In this document: piece after piece, positions 11,759-25,900 of the stretch
Numbering within the stretch: the stretch's first letter is position 1
Layout of the letters: every line of letters starts with the position of its first letter
Origin: Haliotis rufescens
Lineage: Eukaryota
DNA: 64,000 bases
Direction: 5' to 3'
Assembly (NCBI RefSeq): GCF_023055435.1
Contig: NW_025963802.1
Span: 11,408,001-11,472,000 of the forward strand
Translations under genes and position numbers: made by a program
Notes under the pieces: model-generated
Told to the model about the DNA's origin: nothing
The model's database searches: none
What the model saw: the letters and a program-made list of their open reading frames with translations, nothing else

Positions 11759-13139
11759 CACGTTTGCATGGAGACACCAGTTAAACACCACGTAGGTCTA
11801 TCGCTCTCTCTCTATCCTTATAAATATAAATATTACAAATAATAATATTTATAAACGTCTGTTTGAAGACACGCATGCCACCACGTTTGCATGGAGACAC
11901 GCTTGACACTACGTTTGCATGGAGACACGAAGTACATCACGTTTGCATGGAGACCCGAGTGACAGTACACATGTAGGCATACACGTGTGCCAACTCCTCG
12001 GCGTGGATGAGCGAGGGACAACGTCACGCATGTCTATCGATCTATACTTCTATAAACGTCTGTTTGTAGTCACGTGTGGCACCACGTTTTGCATGGAGAC
12101 ACGCGTGACACCACGTTTGCATGGAGACACGAATGGTAGCACGCATGTAGACATACACGAGTGCCAAGTCCTCGACGTGGATGAGCGAGGGACAACGTCA
12201 CACATGTCTATCCATCTATTCTTCTATAAACGTCTGATTGTATTCACGCGTGGCACCACGTTTTGCATGGAGACACGAGTAAAAAAACACACACGCCACG
12301 TTGGCATACACGTGTGCCAACACCTCGGCATGGATGAGCGAGTGACAACGTCACGCATGTCTATCGATCTATACTTCTAGTACCGTCTGTTTGTAGTCAC
12401 GCGTGACATCACGTTTTGCATGGAGACATGACATGTCGCTGCATGCCGATTCACCTTTAGAATTCAGGCGTCCGTTCCACAACATGATCGTAGCGTTCAG
12501 GTGATCGCCACTCATATACTTTAACTTAGCCGAACGACTGCCATTGCGCTACAATACGATCGCCTTATGGAACGAGACCTTGCATCTCAAAGTTTACAAT
12601 CACATCATAATACCCGATGATGTCATTTGGGGAATTTTGTTGCAAGAAAACGAAAAACGGAAGTGCCGCCATCTTGGATGTACACGCGCCACTTGGATGC
12701 GCACGCATTACCAACAATGCCCTCTTCGCGCATGTTCAGAACAACTTCCGGTCCTGTAGTACTGCTACCAACTACTGATGCGCACCTGGATATATAACTG
12801 ATTCAAAGACAGTCTGTTACATCATTGATCAACCGGTTAGTTTACTTTTTTATGTAGAATATTCTAGATTGGCTCCGAACAGGACTGAATGCACCATATG
12901 TTATTGCATGATAACATGGTTACTTCAAAATGGTAATGCTCATATATATTAAGTTAAACATTGAATTGATAGCGTGGGCATGTATTGCTTACAATTTACA
13001 TGAAACCTCTTTAGTCAAGACATTTTGAAAACAAATTTACCAATCCAAGTCCGCCGATTCTACTGTGAGTCCCATCGTTGGTACTTAATCAAGCCAAGTC
13101 TAGTTTTTTACTGACATTTCTCTTCAAACGATTTATAGA

Positions 13140-13365
13140 GTTGCGTCCTTTGGGCACGCCAGAAACCTGTGAATGTGGGTGCGAATCCCCGATTATGTTT
13201 CCATGTTTGTCGGCACCATACCCGTGCTCGTGGGTTTCAGCGAAGTGGTAAACGTCTGAGACCTGCAACACTTCTAGCTTTCCTCCCACATTAAGCTGAC
13301 ACGCTGCGATATAACTGGAATACTGTTAATAGCGGCGTTAAACCCAACTCACTCACTCACTCACT
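13140..13365 (+). mobile_element. long-head tRNA-derived SINE, 5'-truncated
   Basis: Matches the 31840-32120 family; (CACT)n tail. Confidence 0.8.
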
Positions 13366-13402
13366 CTTCAAACACCGACGGTGGTACAAATGAGGACAAA
13401 AA

Positions 13403-13605
13403 AAGAGGCAACTAACGGGATCGGGTCATCAAGCTCGCTGACTTGGTTGATGCATGTCATTGTATCCCAATTGCATAGATCGATGCCCATGATGTCAATC
13501 TCGGGGTTGTCTTGTCCAGACTCGATAAGTTACAGACCGTCGTCATATAATTGGAACATTGATGAATGTGGCGTTAAACAACAAACAAACAAACAAACAA
13601 ACTAA
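13403..13605 (+). mobile_element. Nin-like SINE copy
   Basis: Core and (AAAC)n tail. Confidence 0.8.
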
Positions 13606-13907
13606 AAATGAAATTAAGTACGGAACCTTGGACTCGACACATTCGAGTTCAAAACAATGGTGATATGACAACGGAAAAGCCAGCTTATCAGGTGGCCTCA
13701 CAACACCTTCTTACTTGTCGAATCAGTAGTTTCTGTTGACACAGCGGTATCAGCGGCACGTTATTGGGTCAACCAATTGCCTCGCAAATCTTTCGTAACT
13801 GTACTCCCAACCACGTTCTCGGTGTCGTTATTCAAACAGAGGTCCCAACTGATACAACCTGTACATCGTTGGAAGTAGCAAGCATCATACCAGCGACATC
13901 AACGACG

Positions 13908-13977
13908 ATGTCGTGTCACTGTTTGCTGGGACTAGTAGCTCTTTGCTTGGCCTTGGATGTGGCTACTCCGGAGCAAG
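13908..13977 (+). CDS. SMPDL3: SMPDL3-like exon 1 (signal peptide MSCHCLLGLVALCLALDVATPEQ)
   Basis: ATG at 13908, hydrophobic leader, G|GTAAAT donor in phase 1. Confidence 0.85.
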
Positions 13978-16900
13978 GTAAATGTAGACAGTCTGTCATT
14001 TTAAAGGATAAATTGTAACTGTTTGCTTCCTTAATACGTTCATGGCTGGACCAGTGACTGATGCAATCACGATGACGATGCAATCAACAACGTCAAAGAC
14101 CTTGACCACCCGATCCATTACGTCGTCTCGCACGACAAGCAAATGTTACAGGGAACCTATTCCAACCCGAGGATATACTAAATAGAAGGGTATCGTGTAT
14201 TGTAATGCTTTGACATATAGGCTTTACTCACAGTATGAAGAGCACAAAGTATTGAAATAGGGAAGTAGCATGTATTGCCTGTTTCAGTAATTGACGGACT
14301 TCCTTGTAATGATAATTAGATCTGTTCCTTAAGTTACAAAAATACGTCCTTTTTCACTCAGTTTGTATCATTAATGCTTTTGTATTTGATCATGTCAGTA
14401 ATCTCAAACTTGAAAGTGTGATAAAGAAAATAGGCTAGCTGTCAGCCTGTTGAACAATTGATAATTTTTGTACCAATATTTGAAAATTTCCCGTAGCTTT
14501 AAAATTGCAAATGTCCAGATGTTGAATGAAGTTTCTTGCCATGCATCGGCCTTTATCTTGTTTATCGCAGCACGGTACGACCTTATTTTGCCCACAGATT
14601 CCATAACTGATAAGGGTGTAAGAGTGTTTAGATCCGACCATTCTATTAATACTAAGGGCAACCTTATCACTTTGAGTCTCATGGCCAAGTCAAGCCAACG
14701 AGGTAATCTGATCAGATATATATTCCAATATTTGCATGTTGCTACACAGAGAGCGCCAGGATATTCACAAGCTAAGAGAATTTTTAGATCTAAATATGAA
14801 TCGCCGTTTGAGCTCGTCGTTTAAGGCGCCGCGATTCGCTCTGCAGAGTTGCGGGCCTTTGGCACGCCAGAAATCTATGATTGTGGGTTCGAATCCTGGA
14901 TCGCCCCGATTATGTTTCTAGGCTTGTCAGCACCATTCCCGTGCTCGTGGGTTTCACCGAAGTGGTAAACGTCTGAGACTAGCATCACTTGGGGCTTTCC
15001 TCCAACATTAAGCTGTCACGCCGTGATATAACTGGAATAATGTTAAAAGCGGCGTTAAACCACACTCACTCAGGGGCACAGGTGGCCGAGCCCTCTCAGG
15101 CTCAACAAATACGTTTGAAATGTTGCGTTCCTTTGGCATTCCCGAGTCCTTTGTTGTGTCACATAACTTAATCCTAAATGTAATCTAATATAGTGACTTT
15201 CGTGACTGCATTGATTTCAGAAAAATAATAACATTATAACATCTCTCTGCGGTTGATCATATTTGTAATTGTTACGTGTAAAGAGTATTAAACCTTACAA
15301 GACATTTCCAAATGCGCTTGAAGGGTAGAGGCTATAAGTCACAGCAGATACTTTTAACAACTGAATACCGGTGTGCTTGGGGCAACCTCCACTAACACAA
15401 CTGTTGATGTGCATCGAGGCGATGAGTTCCAATTAACGTTGATATTACTTCCAGTAATACCATTAACTATAATTTAGTGACTTAAAGTTGCATTAAGGAA
15501 TACTCAGGCACACTAGGCTTGAGTTACGTACTTTAGTGTTGCTCAGTGTGTATGGATTGTGCAGTATTGAACCTGTACACAATACACCCCGGGTATAAGC
15601 ACGGGTATATGTTGAGGACAAGAGGCAAGTTATAAAGTGTAAAGAGAGTTAATAAGGAGATCACGAGAACATATTTTTATAAGTCGAAAAGTAATAAAGA
15701 CACATCAATTTCAAAAGGGCAATTCTGGCACATCACAGACCATCATTTCGACCCAACATACTGGTCAGAAATGCGGTCCTGTAATGACAAGGTTCCTGTA
15801 CGTGGTATCTACGGCGACTACTGGTGCGACTCTCCTTGGCGCCTCGTCAACGACAGCGTCGCCGCCATGGCCAACGTTAAACGTGACGTCGACTTCATCC
15901 TCTGGACAGGGTATGTGTTTTGTCCTTACATATGTTGTTGTTTGATGTTTAAGGTCACAATATTCCAACATTTTGACGTCGGTCAGTAATATATCGAGTC
16001 TGGACCCACGCAATAGGGATTCTTCACATGCATTCAACCAATTCAACGAGACTTGTTACCCGACCCCGTTAGTCGCCTCTTACCACAAGCATGGGTTGCT
16101 GAATACCAATTCCAAACCGGATCTTAGGTTGTTCGAGGCAGGACTAGGCGTCATTACACGAAATCAAGAATCAGAATGGTGAATTCAAACCCGGGCTAAC
16201 GTTGGAATAATGAATACAGAAAGATTTGATGACATTTGGCAGAATGATATTTCACCTGAAGTCATAGTCATAAGTATTAGCTCAATAGTAAGAAAAGGTG
16301 ATTGTGAATATGTTTGTTAAATTGTCTTTTAATACATAATAGAAAGTATGTACATGTAGTCTTGCTGGGGAGTTTTCAGTTCTTTTTTGTGTCAGGGTCT
16401 CTATGGGAGACTATTCCCTGTGAAGTCTCAATTTAAGATTCCAGTGTGTATATTTAGGGAAACATTCGCCCCCATTCTATTCACAATCCCTTCCTAGCTC
16501 GAGATCCATATTCTCATCCCATTGTGACTTTGAAAGTTAGAGACTTAAGGTTCATGTAAAGACTTTCGGAGACTATACGTAAGTCTAAGTGAATAGAAAC
16601 GCTTACTGTTTTTTATTTATTCCACTGACTGTTACCTTGGCACAAATGCATATCGACGTGTTTGTAAACCAATATCGGGCAATATAGTTCTTCTTTCCAT
16701 TGTTTGGTATATATGACATCTCTTGCAATTAAAACACATCAATTACCATAAGAAATAATATTAAAAAAATGTTTATACATAGCCGTGCCATTTTTGGAAA
16801 TCAATAATAATAAAAAATATCAATATCTACATCCTTTACAATACGGACACATGGCACTGATAGCATGTATAGAGACCGTTAATTTATAGACCCCGAACTA

Positions 16901-19900
16901 GGACGTGTGACATTCCTGTCGCAAGCGCTGACTAAAACAGGTGAATGCAACATCGACATAACGGCGATATGTAAATATCATGTGTATGAGCATCCATCCA
17001 CTATATCAAGATAGCTGGCATGCAGTCAGTCATGACACTGAGTCATACTGCTTCGTTATGATTTCAGCCGGCTCTTACGACAAGCAGCTGGTACTGGGGG
17101 CTTATTCGTCACTAACAATATCCACAGGGTCAGTAAAATGAGGCACACAATGTGTTTCTCAGGCCTTCTTAGCAAGTCTCAGGAAAGATGTTTAATGAAG
17201 TACCATTTCTTTGGATATGGTACTGCAGAGATTTGAGAATCTCATACAGAGAGTTACCGCTGTATATTGTCCCATTCTGCGTCTAACCTCGGGAAGAGAA
17301 GTCATTAGAGATCGATTTAGGTCGGGTTCAGTTTTGGCCAAAGACAAAAGATCATGTTTTTGTGAGCAAGAATTGAATAGACGCACTGCCCACATACTCT
17401 TGTTTTCTGTTTTTGTCAAAAACGGAGCGTTGCGATATGTCGTGTCTCCAGCTGACTAGCGGACAAAGGATACTGGCTAAAATAAGTTCAGTGTCAGGTG
17501 AGTTTTGACGATTATTGCCTGACGGTCTTGTACGAGCCGCACGAGCGAAACTTGTCGACGGATTTCGGACGTTCTCGTACTCTGAATCAAAATAGCTTGA
17601 TTTGAGGAGTTCTATTGGTGTACCATTCAAGTTGTAAGCATTTATTATCACCAGCCTGAAGTTTGTTATCGTGCCTCTATCACGGTGGTCCATCATATAT
17701 ATGTTTACTGTTTTCGCTGCTGTCATAAGGTGCATTACTCGCCTTAAACGGATTGCGAAAATACTTGATAACTGAACTGGCTACAAGTTTGTTTGGCGAT
17801 ATTACTGGAACATGTGTATGTGGTGATTATGACCAATGTTTATGATAATATCATTCCTCCAAACTGAGGACAATAATAGTTTCGTTGTTACTGTTCACCG
17901 GACATTTTGTTCGCCTGTTATTTACTGCTTCAATTAACTCTATTAAATGACATTGAGTCACACAGTGGCAAATACATAACTGTGGTTGCAAGACACTGCC
18001 ATTTAAAATAAATATAACCTGTATGTGGTTTTTAATTTGAAATTCAAACGTGCAAATCAGCAATGCAAGAATAAGCACTTTATTGACACCATTCAATTAG
18101 TCAGGTACTGGCTACATATTGACATTTTATGTTACACCAGTGAAACAGTCATGTTACACTTTCATAAAATGAAATTGGTTCACAAATTATCTTTTGCTGA
18201 GTTGTCCATTAAAAAGAAAATCCAGAACATTGCTCTATTTCAGATTTTTCTGATTATTTAAAAAACAATTTGTTAAACTGTCATATGAAATACAATAGCA
18301 AATGGTCTGGATCATGATTATTATCTTCGTCTTTAAACTTACGAAATCTGTACTTGCAAACATCGCATGGGATATTTTGGATGGTTTTATTTCAGTGTCT
18401 GTATGACAGGCTTAACTGAAGAAACCTAGACTTGCTAAATGTTTGTTCCAGTGATTTATGGCAGCTTGCTGCTTGCAGTTAAAACATTGTTCGTGATATA
18501 TGTTGTTGACACAAGTTCGATATGACGGGTAATATATGGGTTGACTTTAGAACTGTGGGAAGGGTTAATATCTATGAAATATTCTTAGGAGAGCGGGGCT
18601 TGCTGAAAAAATGGAATTGGATTTGGATTCGTATCGGAAGTACCCAGATGAATCCCATGAAATAGGTTAAATTACCAGTTTCTGATATGCAGTCACAGAG
18701 GTAACCAATCAGTGTTCAGAAATACGTATAGATATTGCATCAATGTTTATTTTCACTGCCCGTACAGTCGCTTGTCATGCTCAGTTGCGTTGGCCGGATA
18801 ATCGACACACGGCAGTTGATGAGCCCTAGCGGACAGGGCAAGACAGGGGAGTAGAAACCAGATCTTAGTACTTGTTGACAGCTTTGTGACAGGAAACGCA
18901 ATTCAATGAACAATCTTGCAAAGCTTCATATGACAGAGTACCCTGGCAGGAATAAGGTTAAGTATGGACGAGGTATGACCCGGCCAAGATGAAAAGTTTT
19001 CATGTGTTGCCATTAAAGTGAATTTATGTAGTTTTTTCAATGTATGGATAACAACATTGAATGATGTGTCAAAAGGGCTGAATTTGAATATTGGACTATG
19101 ATGAACTCCTTGGTTCGAGTTGATTTCCTTGATGTTATAAGACAACATAGTTGGATGCTTATCGTTGGATTTTCTCCGAAAGTCTTCAAATCTGTTCCGA
19201 TATATCCGATTATTTTTATAACAATGCTTACAAATTATGTTTGCATTTGGCTTAAAAGAAACCCTGTCATACAACGTCCTTAGGTAAACGATTTTTATGT
19301 GTCTGTATACTGATTAACACATTTCAGCCTTGATTCAATATCGAAAAGAAATGTTCGCAAAACAGTCAATAATCTACATCGTACCCTGATCCTATTGTAC
19401 ATTCAAAAGTTTTCACAAAGCAACTGGGACCTTTTTTCCAACCATGCAATAGCTGCCCTCCACGTCTGAATAGTCTTCCTTGAGTCGTAAACCCTCGTCC
19501 CAGGAAATGATCTGAATTCCAACCTTCTTCCATGTAGACTTCAATTCATCTCTCGACATCCCTAAAGTGCTGAACTTCTTTACTCCCACTATGTAGAAAG
19601 TTCCTCCCAAACATCCACAGATGACCAAGTGGCCACCGGGTTTTAACATTCCGACCATATTCCTGGCGTACCGTTCATAGGAGGCCACGTCTGTGGCAAC
19701 TGCTTCCAGACAGAAGGATGACGTGACGATGTCGACCTGCGGAAGGAAGTTTGGCGAAAAAGGGTTTTCCTCCCTGATGTCACAGTGTAGAATCCCACAA
19801 ATCTTGTCTCTAATGCTTACCGCTCTCTCGGGGACATCAGTTTTGCTGTAAACAAAGAAATTGTCACATATTATTTCACGAAAAGGTGTGCGTATTGTGC

Positions 19901-22900
19901 TCTTCCATTGGCATCCGTCACAAATACATGGAAAGGCAAGCCAAGTGTTCACCAGAACAACACGGGGGAAAATTGGCACAAGTTGAAATAGGGAATTGCA
20001 ACGGCATAATGATTGATGCTTCAGGTTTGGAAATGTGTTCCATTAAACATTTTGAAAGCTTTGCTAAGTCATTGGATGCTGTAACCCTGATCAAACAACA
20101 CACATCCTAGAAATTCGATTATAAATCGCAGTGCCTCCCCGCTAGGCTGAACCCAAGAAGTCTGCAGACCTCGCTTTCCTAACGATTACTGTTACATGTT
20201 TACAGAGGAACCTTCCGTACCAATGATTCGGTAAACGAAATTAAAAACGTGGGTGCCTAATTCTAAATCAATCTACAATCACTACGATATAGGCCCATGT
20301 ACCTTGAGAACCACTGAACTTGCATTACTCTGTGATAATATTTTCAGTTACTGATTATGACTATTTACGTTTAATCTTCTGATTTGCATATTTTTTGCAT
20401 ACCTGTTAAATCTACGGATTAACTAACTTTAGTTGTCAAAATATTGCTTATTTAATACATATACATTTGATGTAATAAATGATTTTGAAATTGAGTGAAT
20501 CATGTAACAGCAATGAATCCGAAAGAAGAGTCTATATTAAGAAATCCTAACTTGCCTTTTCCCTTCTATTTTGAGTACCATTTCAAATATTTTATCAAAA
20601 CTGAATTCCAAAGATCCATCGCGCCATTGCTTTAAGATGTCATTGTTACTCTGGCAGAAGTCTGACAAGAAGATGTTGTCACAATGTTGTGCTGAGCTGA
20701 TGACACTGTATATTGTTGGACCTGTCCCAATATCCAAGAGCGTTTTCCCTTTGACAGCACCTGGAACAAAGCATGAGAACAGGTAGTTCTGGGACATCGT
20801 TACGATCTCCCCTCTACTTTACTACCACCATCATCAGCTATTTAGAACGCATATTGAACTACACTATGTTGTTATTCACGGATTACTAGGATGTACAGGT
20901 TATGCGTTAGAAAACCTATAAACCTAATCAGATCGAGTAAGTGAGTCAGTTATAATTAAACGTCACCATGGCAATATTTCAGCCATATTGTGACGAGAGA
21001 AAGTGTAACTTTAACAAAATTGTACTGTATAAACATCTGTCGCCGATGGACAGAACACACTAGATAACTAGACAATCACATATTTAGATAAAACTTGTTT
21101 GAGAGAAAGTAAAAGAATGAACGACCTTCCAACAACACGGGCTATTGATCGCCAGCAACAAGGTAGGCAACCATACAAGGGAACGTGGGGATTTACGCTA
21201 CTTTTGTTCCCTGCCCGTTTCCAAGCATTTAATTTATCAGGGCGAACCCAGATTCGAAGCCACAATCGTTGGCTTCTCGACTCAAAGTGTTTTTGTTTTC
21301 ATTGTCTTGCAAATATTGTAATTGATGGACATCGATAGTGTCATAACTGACTTTGTAAATGAAGGTCGTGAGTTTCAGTATTTCAGTTCTATCACCGCAT
21401 GTCAACTTAATAGGGGAGGAAAGCAATACGAAACGCAGGTCTCATTTATTTTCCACTTTGATGAAACCCATGAGCACGGGTATGGTGCTAGCAAACCTAT
21501 GAACATAATCAAAGCGAACCGGGATTCGAAGCCGTCGTCGAAAGGTTTCTTCTCACCCTTTCGCAAACACCCGGTCACCACTTGATAGTGTTTCATAAAC
21601 ACATGCTCATGATACAGTTGGGATAGTACAGTCGGCAATTTCTTGCCGCAATGGAAAGGATTTTGCTGCTTTTATTTTGTTACGGAAACACAACTATATC
21701 ACAAAGGAAAGATCGCCCTTGTGCAAGACACATTTCTTTACAAGTACAAAAGAACACAGTGACTGCTTTATTGTAAGCAATCTCACAAGCACAAAATGAG
21801 TACATCAACACAAACAAGCTATTTTACCTGAGTTAAACGCTTTGTGATAATTGGTCAATATGAATGACATTAGGTTCGCAAGGATAGGGCTGGGCTCTGG
21901 GTCTTCGAATACTTGCATGTAATATTCTGGATCAAAATCTTTAGCGTAGTCGTCACAGAAGGCCATTTCTTTATCTGCCATTGTTGGTTCCTTTAAGCTA
22001 CTTCAAACTGAAAGATTAAGACAATTCAATACCACTGACTGTAAGAAGCACAACAAAGTTATACATTCATTTTCCTAACAATTGTTGAAGTTAAAACCGT
22101 AGTGATAAGTCAAGACAACACAAATATGGATTGCAGGTGCCATTACATACTTGACATGTTTTTTTAATAATACAGTGTAAGTAAATGCACCTAACAATTA
22201 GCAAATTGTCTGTTTTCATCAAAATGTACACGTATATACCTAGTTTGTATACAATACACACGCAAACTTCAAATTGAATAAAGTTTATAGGTCTTTTCAA
22301 GAACCGACATGGGTTTTGTATCATTATGCACAATTTCAAGGTAACGTAATCTGTAGCGTAAACCACACTGTACAACAGTTTTGTCATCGTTGTTGGTTCG
22401 TTTAACTGAAAGATTAAGTCAAGTCAGTGCAACAAGTTAACAATTAAGATGCACAGAATTTTATCCAACTGCTTCACTTGACGTTATTGTTTGAGTAACA
22501 ATCGGTGTGATGATGTAAATGCAATAACGAGACACAAATATCAAGAACAGTCTGAGGTTCCTTTATGTTTGTGATATATTCGGTTGAATAACCATAAGAA
22601 CACACTCGTGCATATTCTTCCACGCATGTTAGCGTTCCCGCAGACTAACGTGCAAATTCAGACTAACGTGCAAATTCAGTGCAAAACGTGAATTAATTAC
22701 TAATTCAGTTTGTATGTTGTAGGCGAATGAAATATGGTCGTTATCTACACCATATAACCTGAATTAAGAGTTTTGTGTGGATGCATGGTCAACATTTGTG
22801 ACAAAGTTAATGAGGTACAGTTTTAGAAGTTATCATCACGCGAGAGTGTTTGGGGATAGTAAATATCCTGTATTAGGAATAGAATTTTTTTAGCGAACCT

Positions 22901-25900
22901 TGGCGAGCTAAATATATAGTGTTTATTCCTAATACAGGTTATTTACCGTCCCCAAACACATAAGCGTGATAACCTCTTTATCATATAATGTCATTCTTCA
23001 ATTCTGTGCTCGAAGAATCTCTTCCCATCTCTCATAAAATTCCCTAAATATTGCAAGCAGTCACTGAACATGCGCATAAAAATATATTACATCAGAAGGT
23101 AAGTGATATGTCAGTCGGACAGTCAGTATAGTTACAACTGAAACCTGTTTCTTATACTAACTGTGACCTATAACTACATATAGACAAAAACAACAACTGC
23201 CCACACAAACTGTTTTACTTGCCTTTCGCAGCAATCCATAGGTCTCCCCGCTAGAGTAACTGCCCTTTATGAAAGGGAAACTACTCTTACCCTAGTCTAT
23301 GAGAAGTCACGTTTTTTAGAGTCTGCCTTTTGTGATATAAGGTTACGAGGTGCAGTAAGATGTCCACACAGAGACAAAACGAAACAAGGTAACAATTCGG
23401 ACACAGTTCGGCCAAATCTAACTGTTGTAAATTTGGAAAAGGTTCCAGGCATAGATACTGCAACTGATCCCGCTTGCCTAAAGTCGTCGCGAAATTGTTT
23501 CGCAATTTACATCTCCAACGTTACCAAAACTTGTAAAATGCCTAAGCTACGTCACAGTTAAACACTGATTTTCAGTATATTAGACTATTCTTTTGATAAT
23601 GACAGCAATTATGCCAGTAGTTTCTCCAGATTCCCGATGGTTAATTCTGACTGGATCGCCGAATGATAATGGCGACGCCATATTTGTTTGTAAGTCAGAA
23701 AGTAGTCCCTACTTGAACATTGATATTTGCATTTCTCTCCGCATACGACCCCAACGGATATCGTTTTTATCCGTTGGCCTTCTCCTTCCGAGAAACCTAC
23801 CCATTATATGATAAAACCATTTATCCGGTCAAAACATTGATATCTTGTATGTCAACATACAAATTTCTCATTCTAAATATCGCGTTAATGACATCAATAA
23901 ATTATTTTGATTTGTACACATCGAGTTAGTGATTTGAAAAACTACTTGCTTTTTTGTTAACATCAGGAATTTTATGTTAAGATAAATTATACTCGAATTG
24001 TTGATATCAATAAAAAGTATTTAGAAACTAACACTAGCTGTATATGCAAAGACGTTCAAACAGAAGACATGGTTATAGACGTCTACATAATTCAAAATGC
24101 CTTACCTCTTGGGACTCTGGAGTAAATGGCAACTACACGATATCGTGGGCTTGGGTCTCGAGACGACCGGACGTGTTTTGACGGAGCTCTGCATATTGTG
24201 CAGTCCTTATGGATATATTTTGCTTCACCGGCGGTGAAAAAGACAACTGACTTCCATGATCTCAAGCAGATGGTAAAGCCCAACTACTCTACTAATTTTC
24301 TAGGGTACAGCTATGAACTCCTCTCCAACATACCCCACACAAACCCCTGAATCTATTGACTTTGATATCCTCAGAGACCTTGGGGACATTTTAGGAGAAA
24401 GTGACAGGCAATCATGTGAGACTTCTCTCAAAAGCATATACAAGAATGATGAAAAACTGTTGAATGATGTGCGACACTCACTGTATGATATAGCTAAGGC
24501 AGAATGCAGTGATTTCCCAGACGGGGTACTGATAAAGAGAGTGAATCGTGGAGGAAGATCTAAAAGTATCTCAGACAAATATGCTGCAGACATATATCTC
24601 CTTTTTAAGTACATTAAAGGAGCAGTGCCACCCCATGTTATTCAAACTGATGTATTAAGCCGTCAAAGAGCACGCTACACAGATATTGGCGGATGTGACA
24701 ATGTGTATGATGTGAGTCAGGAGCTTGACCCTGAAAATATGACAAGCAAATCCAAAATAAATGATTTTGTGCCTGAAGTGTTTAACAAACTAATAGCCAT
24801 TCATGAAGAAATGATGGAAAAACTGGATTTTGTTTGCAATAAACTTTGTGATTTCCAGGACAAATATGAATTGGATATGAGAAAAATGATTGATACATAT
24901 GAAGACAAGAACAATCAACTTCAGCATTATGTCACCGAGACTAAGTGTTTGCAACTGACTGAAGAACGATTGAAGAGAGATATTTGTTCCTTGAAAAGTG
25001 ACTTGAATAACAAGAGTAAAGAAATTGTGCATCTTAAAGACCAGATTTGTACAACGATTTCGACTATTGACAAACGAGCTTGCAAAATAGACGGCAAAAT
25101 TGACTTGATGAATACACGAAACAAACTCATGTATTCTGAGGCAGTTAAGATACCAAGCCAACTAGCTCGAGATGATGCAAGCCCAGAGCCCAATACCCAA
25201 GCTTTTCCACCACTGTCCAACAGAGAAGATGTAAGCCTGTCTATCACTATTGAACCCCTAGACGAGCAGAACAATAGCTCCTGGGGTCATGACAGTGACC
25301 TTGGAAAACAAGAAACTATTCACTCACGAAAGGTTAACTTTAACCAACAGTGGAAACGTGTATTTTCTGGGGCCTCACGTTTCAACTCAAAGAGACTAGT
25401 GTTGTCCTACATAAAAGCTGATCAACCATTTGAAATCGCCAGGGACGCCATCATCGACTATGCTAAAGACCGAGGAGTGACAATTAGTAAACTGTCACTT
25501 CTGAAGCACTGGAAGACAGTCATATAACCCAACGTACACCATACGAATCCATGTTCCTAACCAGGGTGCCAAGGTCATGCTTGAAGACGATACATTCTGG
25601 CCAGAGAATGTCAACTGTAGAGAGTGGGTTCCCAGCAAAAGATGGTATGTACACAATGATGATGAACAGTCAAGATCTTAAACATGACAAGTAAATCAAG
25701 ATCCCGACTATTTGCAACCTATCTCTTGTTTCTTATGATCAGACTTGCTACATGGAATGTGCGTGGCGTTATGCATGCTGCTACTGAACTTGCTGATAAA
25801 CTTGAAAGTTGTGATATAATGTTCATTTCTGAACACTGGCTAAACAGACAAAACGAATCCTACTTAAATGGGATCCATGATGAATTTGATGTGTATTCCA

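Larger units (their letters stand above)
8084..12776. mobile_element. non-autonomous Polinton/Maverick-type element
   Basis: Begins AGTAGT (8084), ends ACTACT (12776); 6-bp TSD GATGCG at 8078-8083 and 12777-12782; long TIRs 8084-9440 and 11085-12776; no pPolB or integrase ORF inside. Confidence 0.85.

Noticed and set aside
7965-12759. Many 60-200 aa ORFs in the TIRs, satellite and across N gaps
   Set aside because: Products of GC-rich repeats and Ns, open in multiple frames, with no protein motifs (except the 9278-9520 ORF reported above)
16400-18340. Possible additional DNA transposon or exon (cag|GTGAGT at ~17498) in SMPDL3 intron 2
   Set aside because: No clear TIR, TSD or coding motif identified
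19846-19979. N-terminal part of the 188-aa ORF 19413-19979
   Set aside because: Intronic read-through; the true exon starts at the acceptor at 19845, and the upstream part is not open in copy 2
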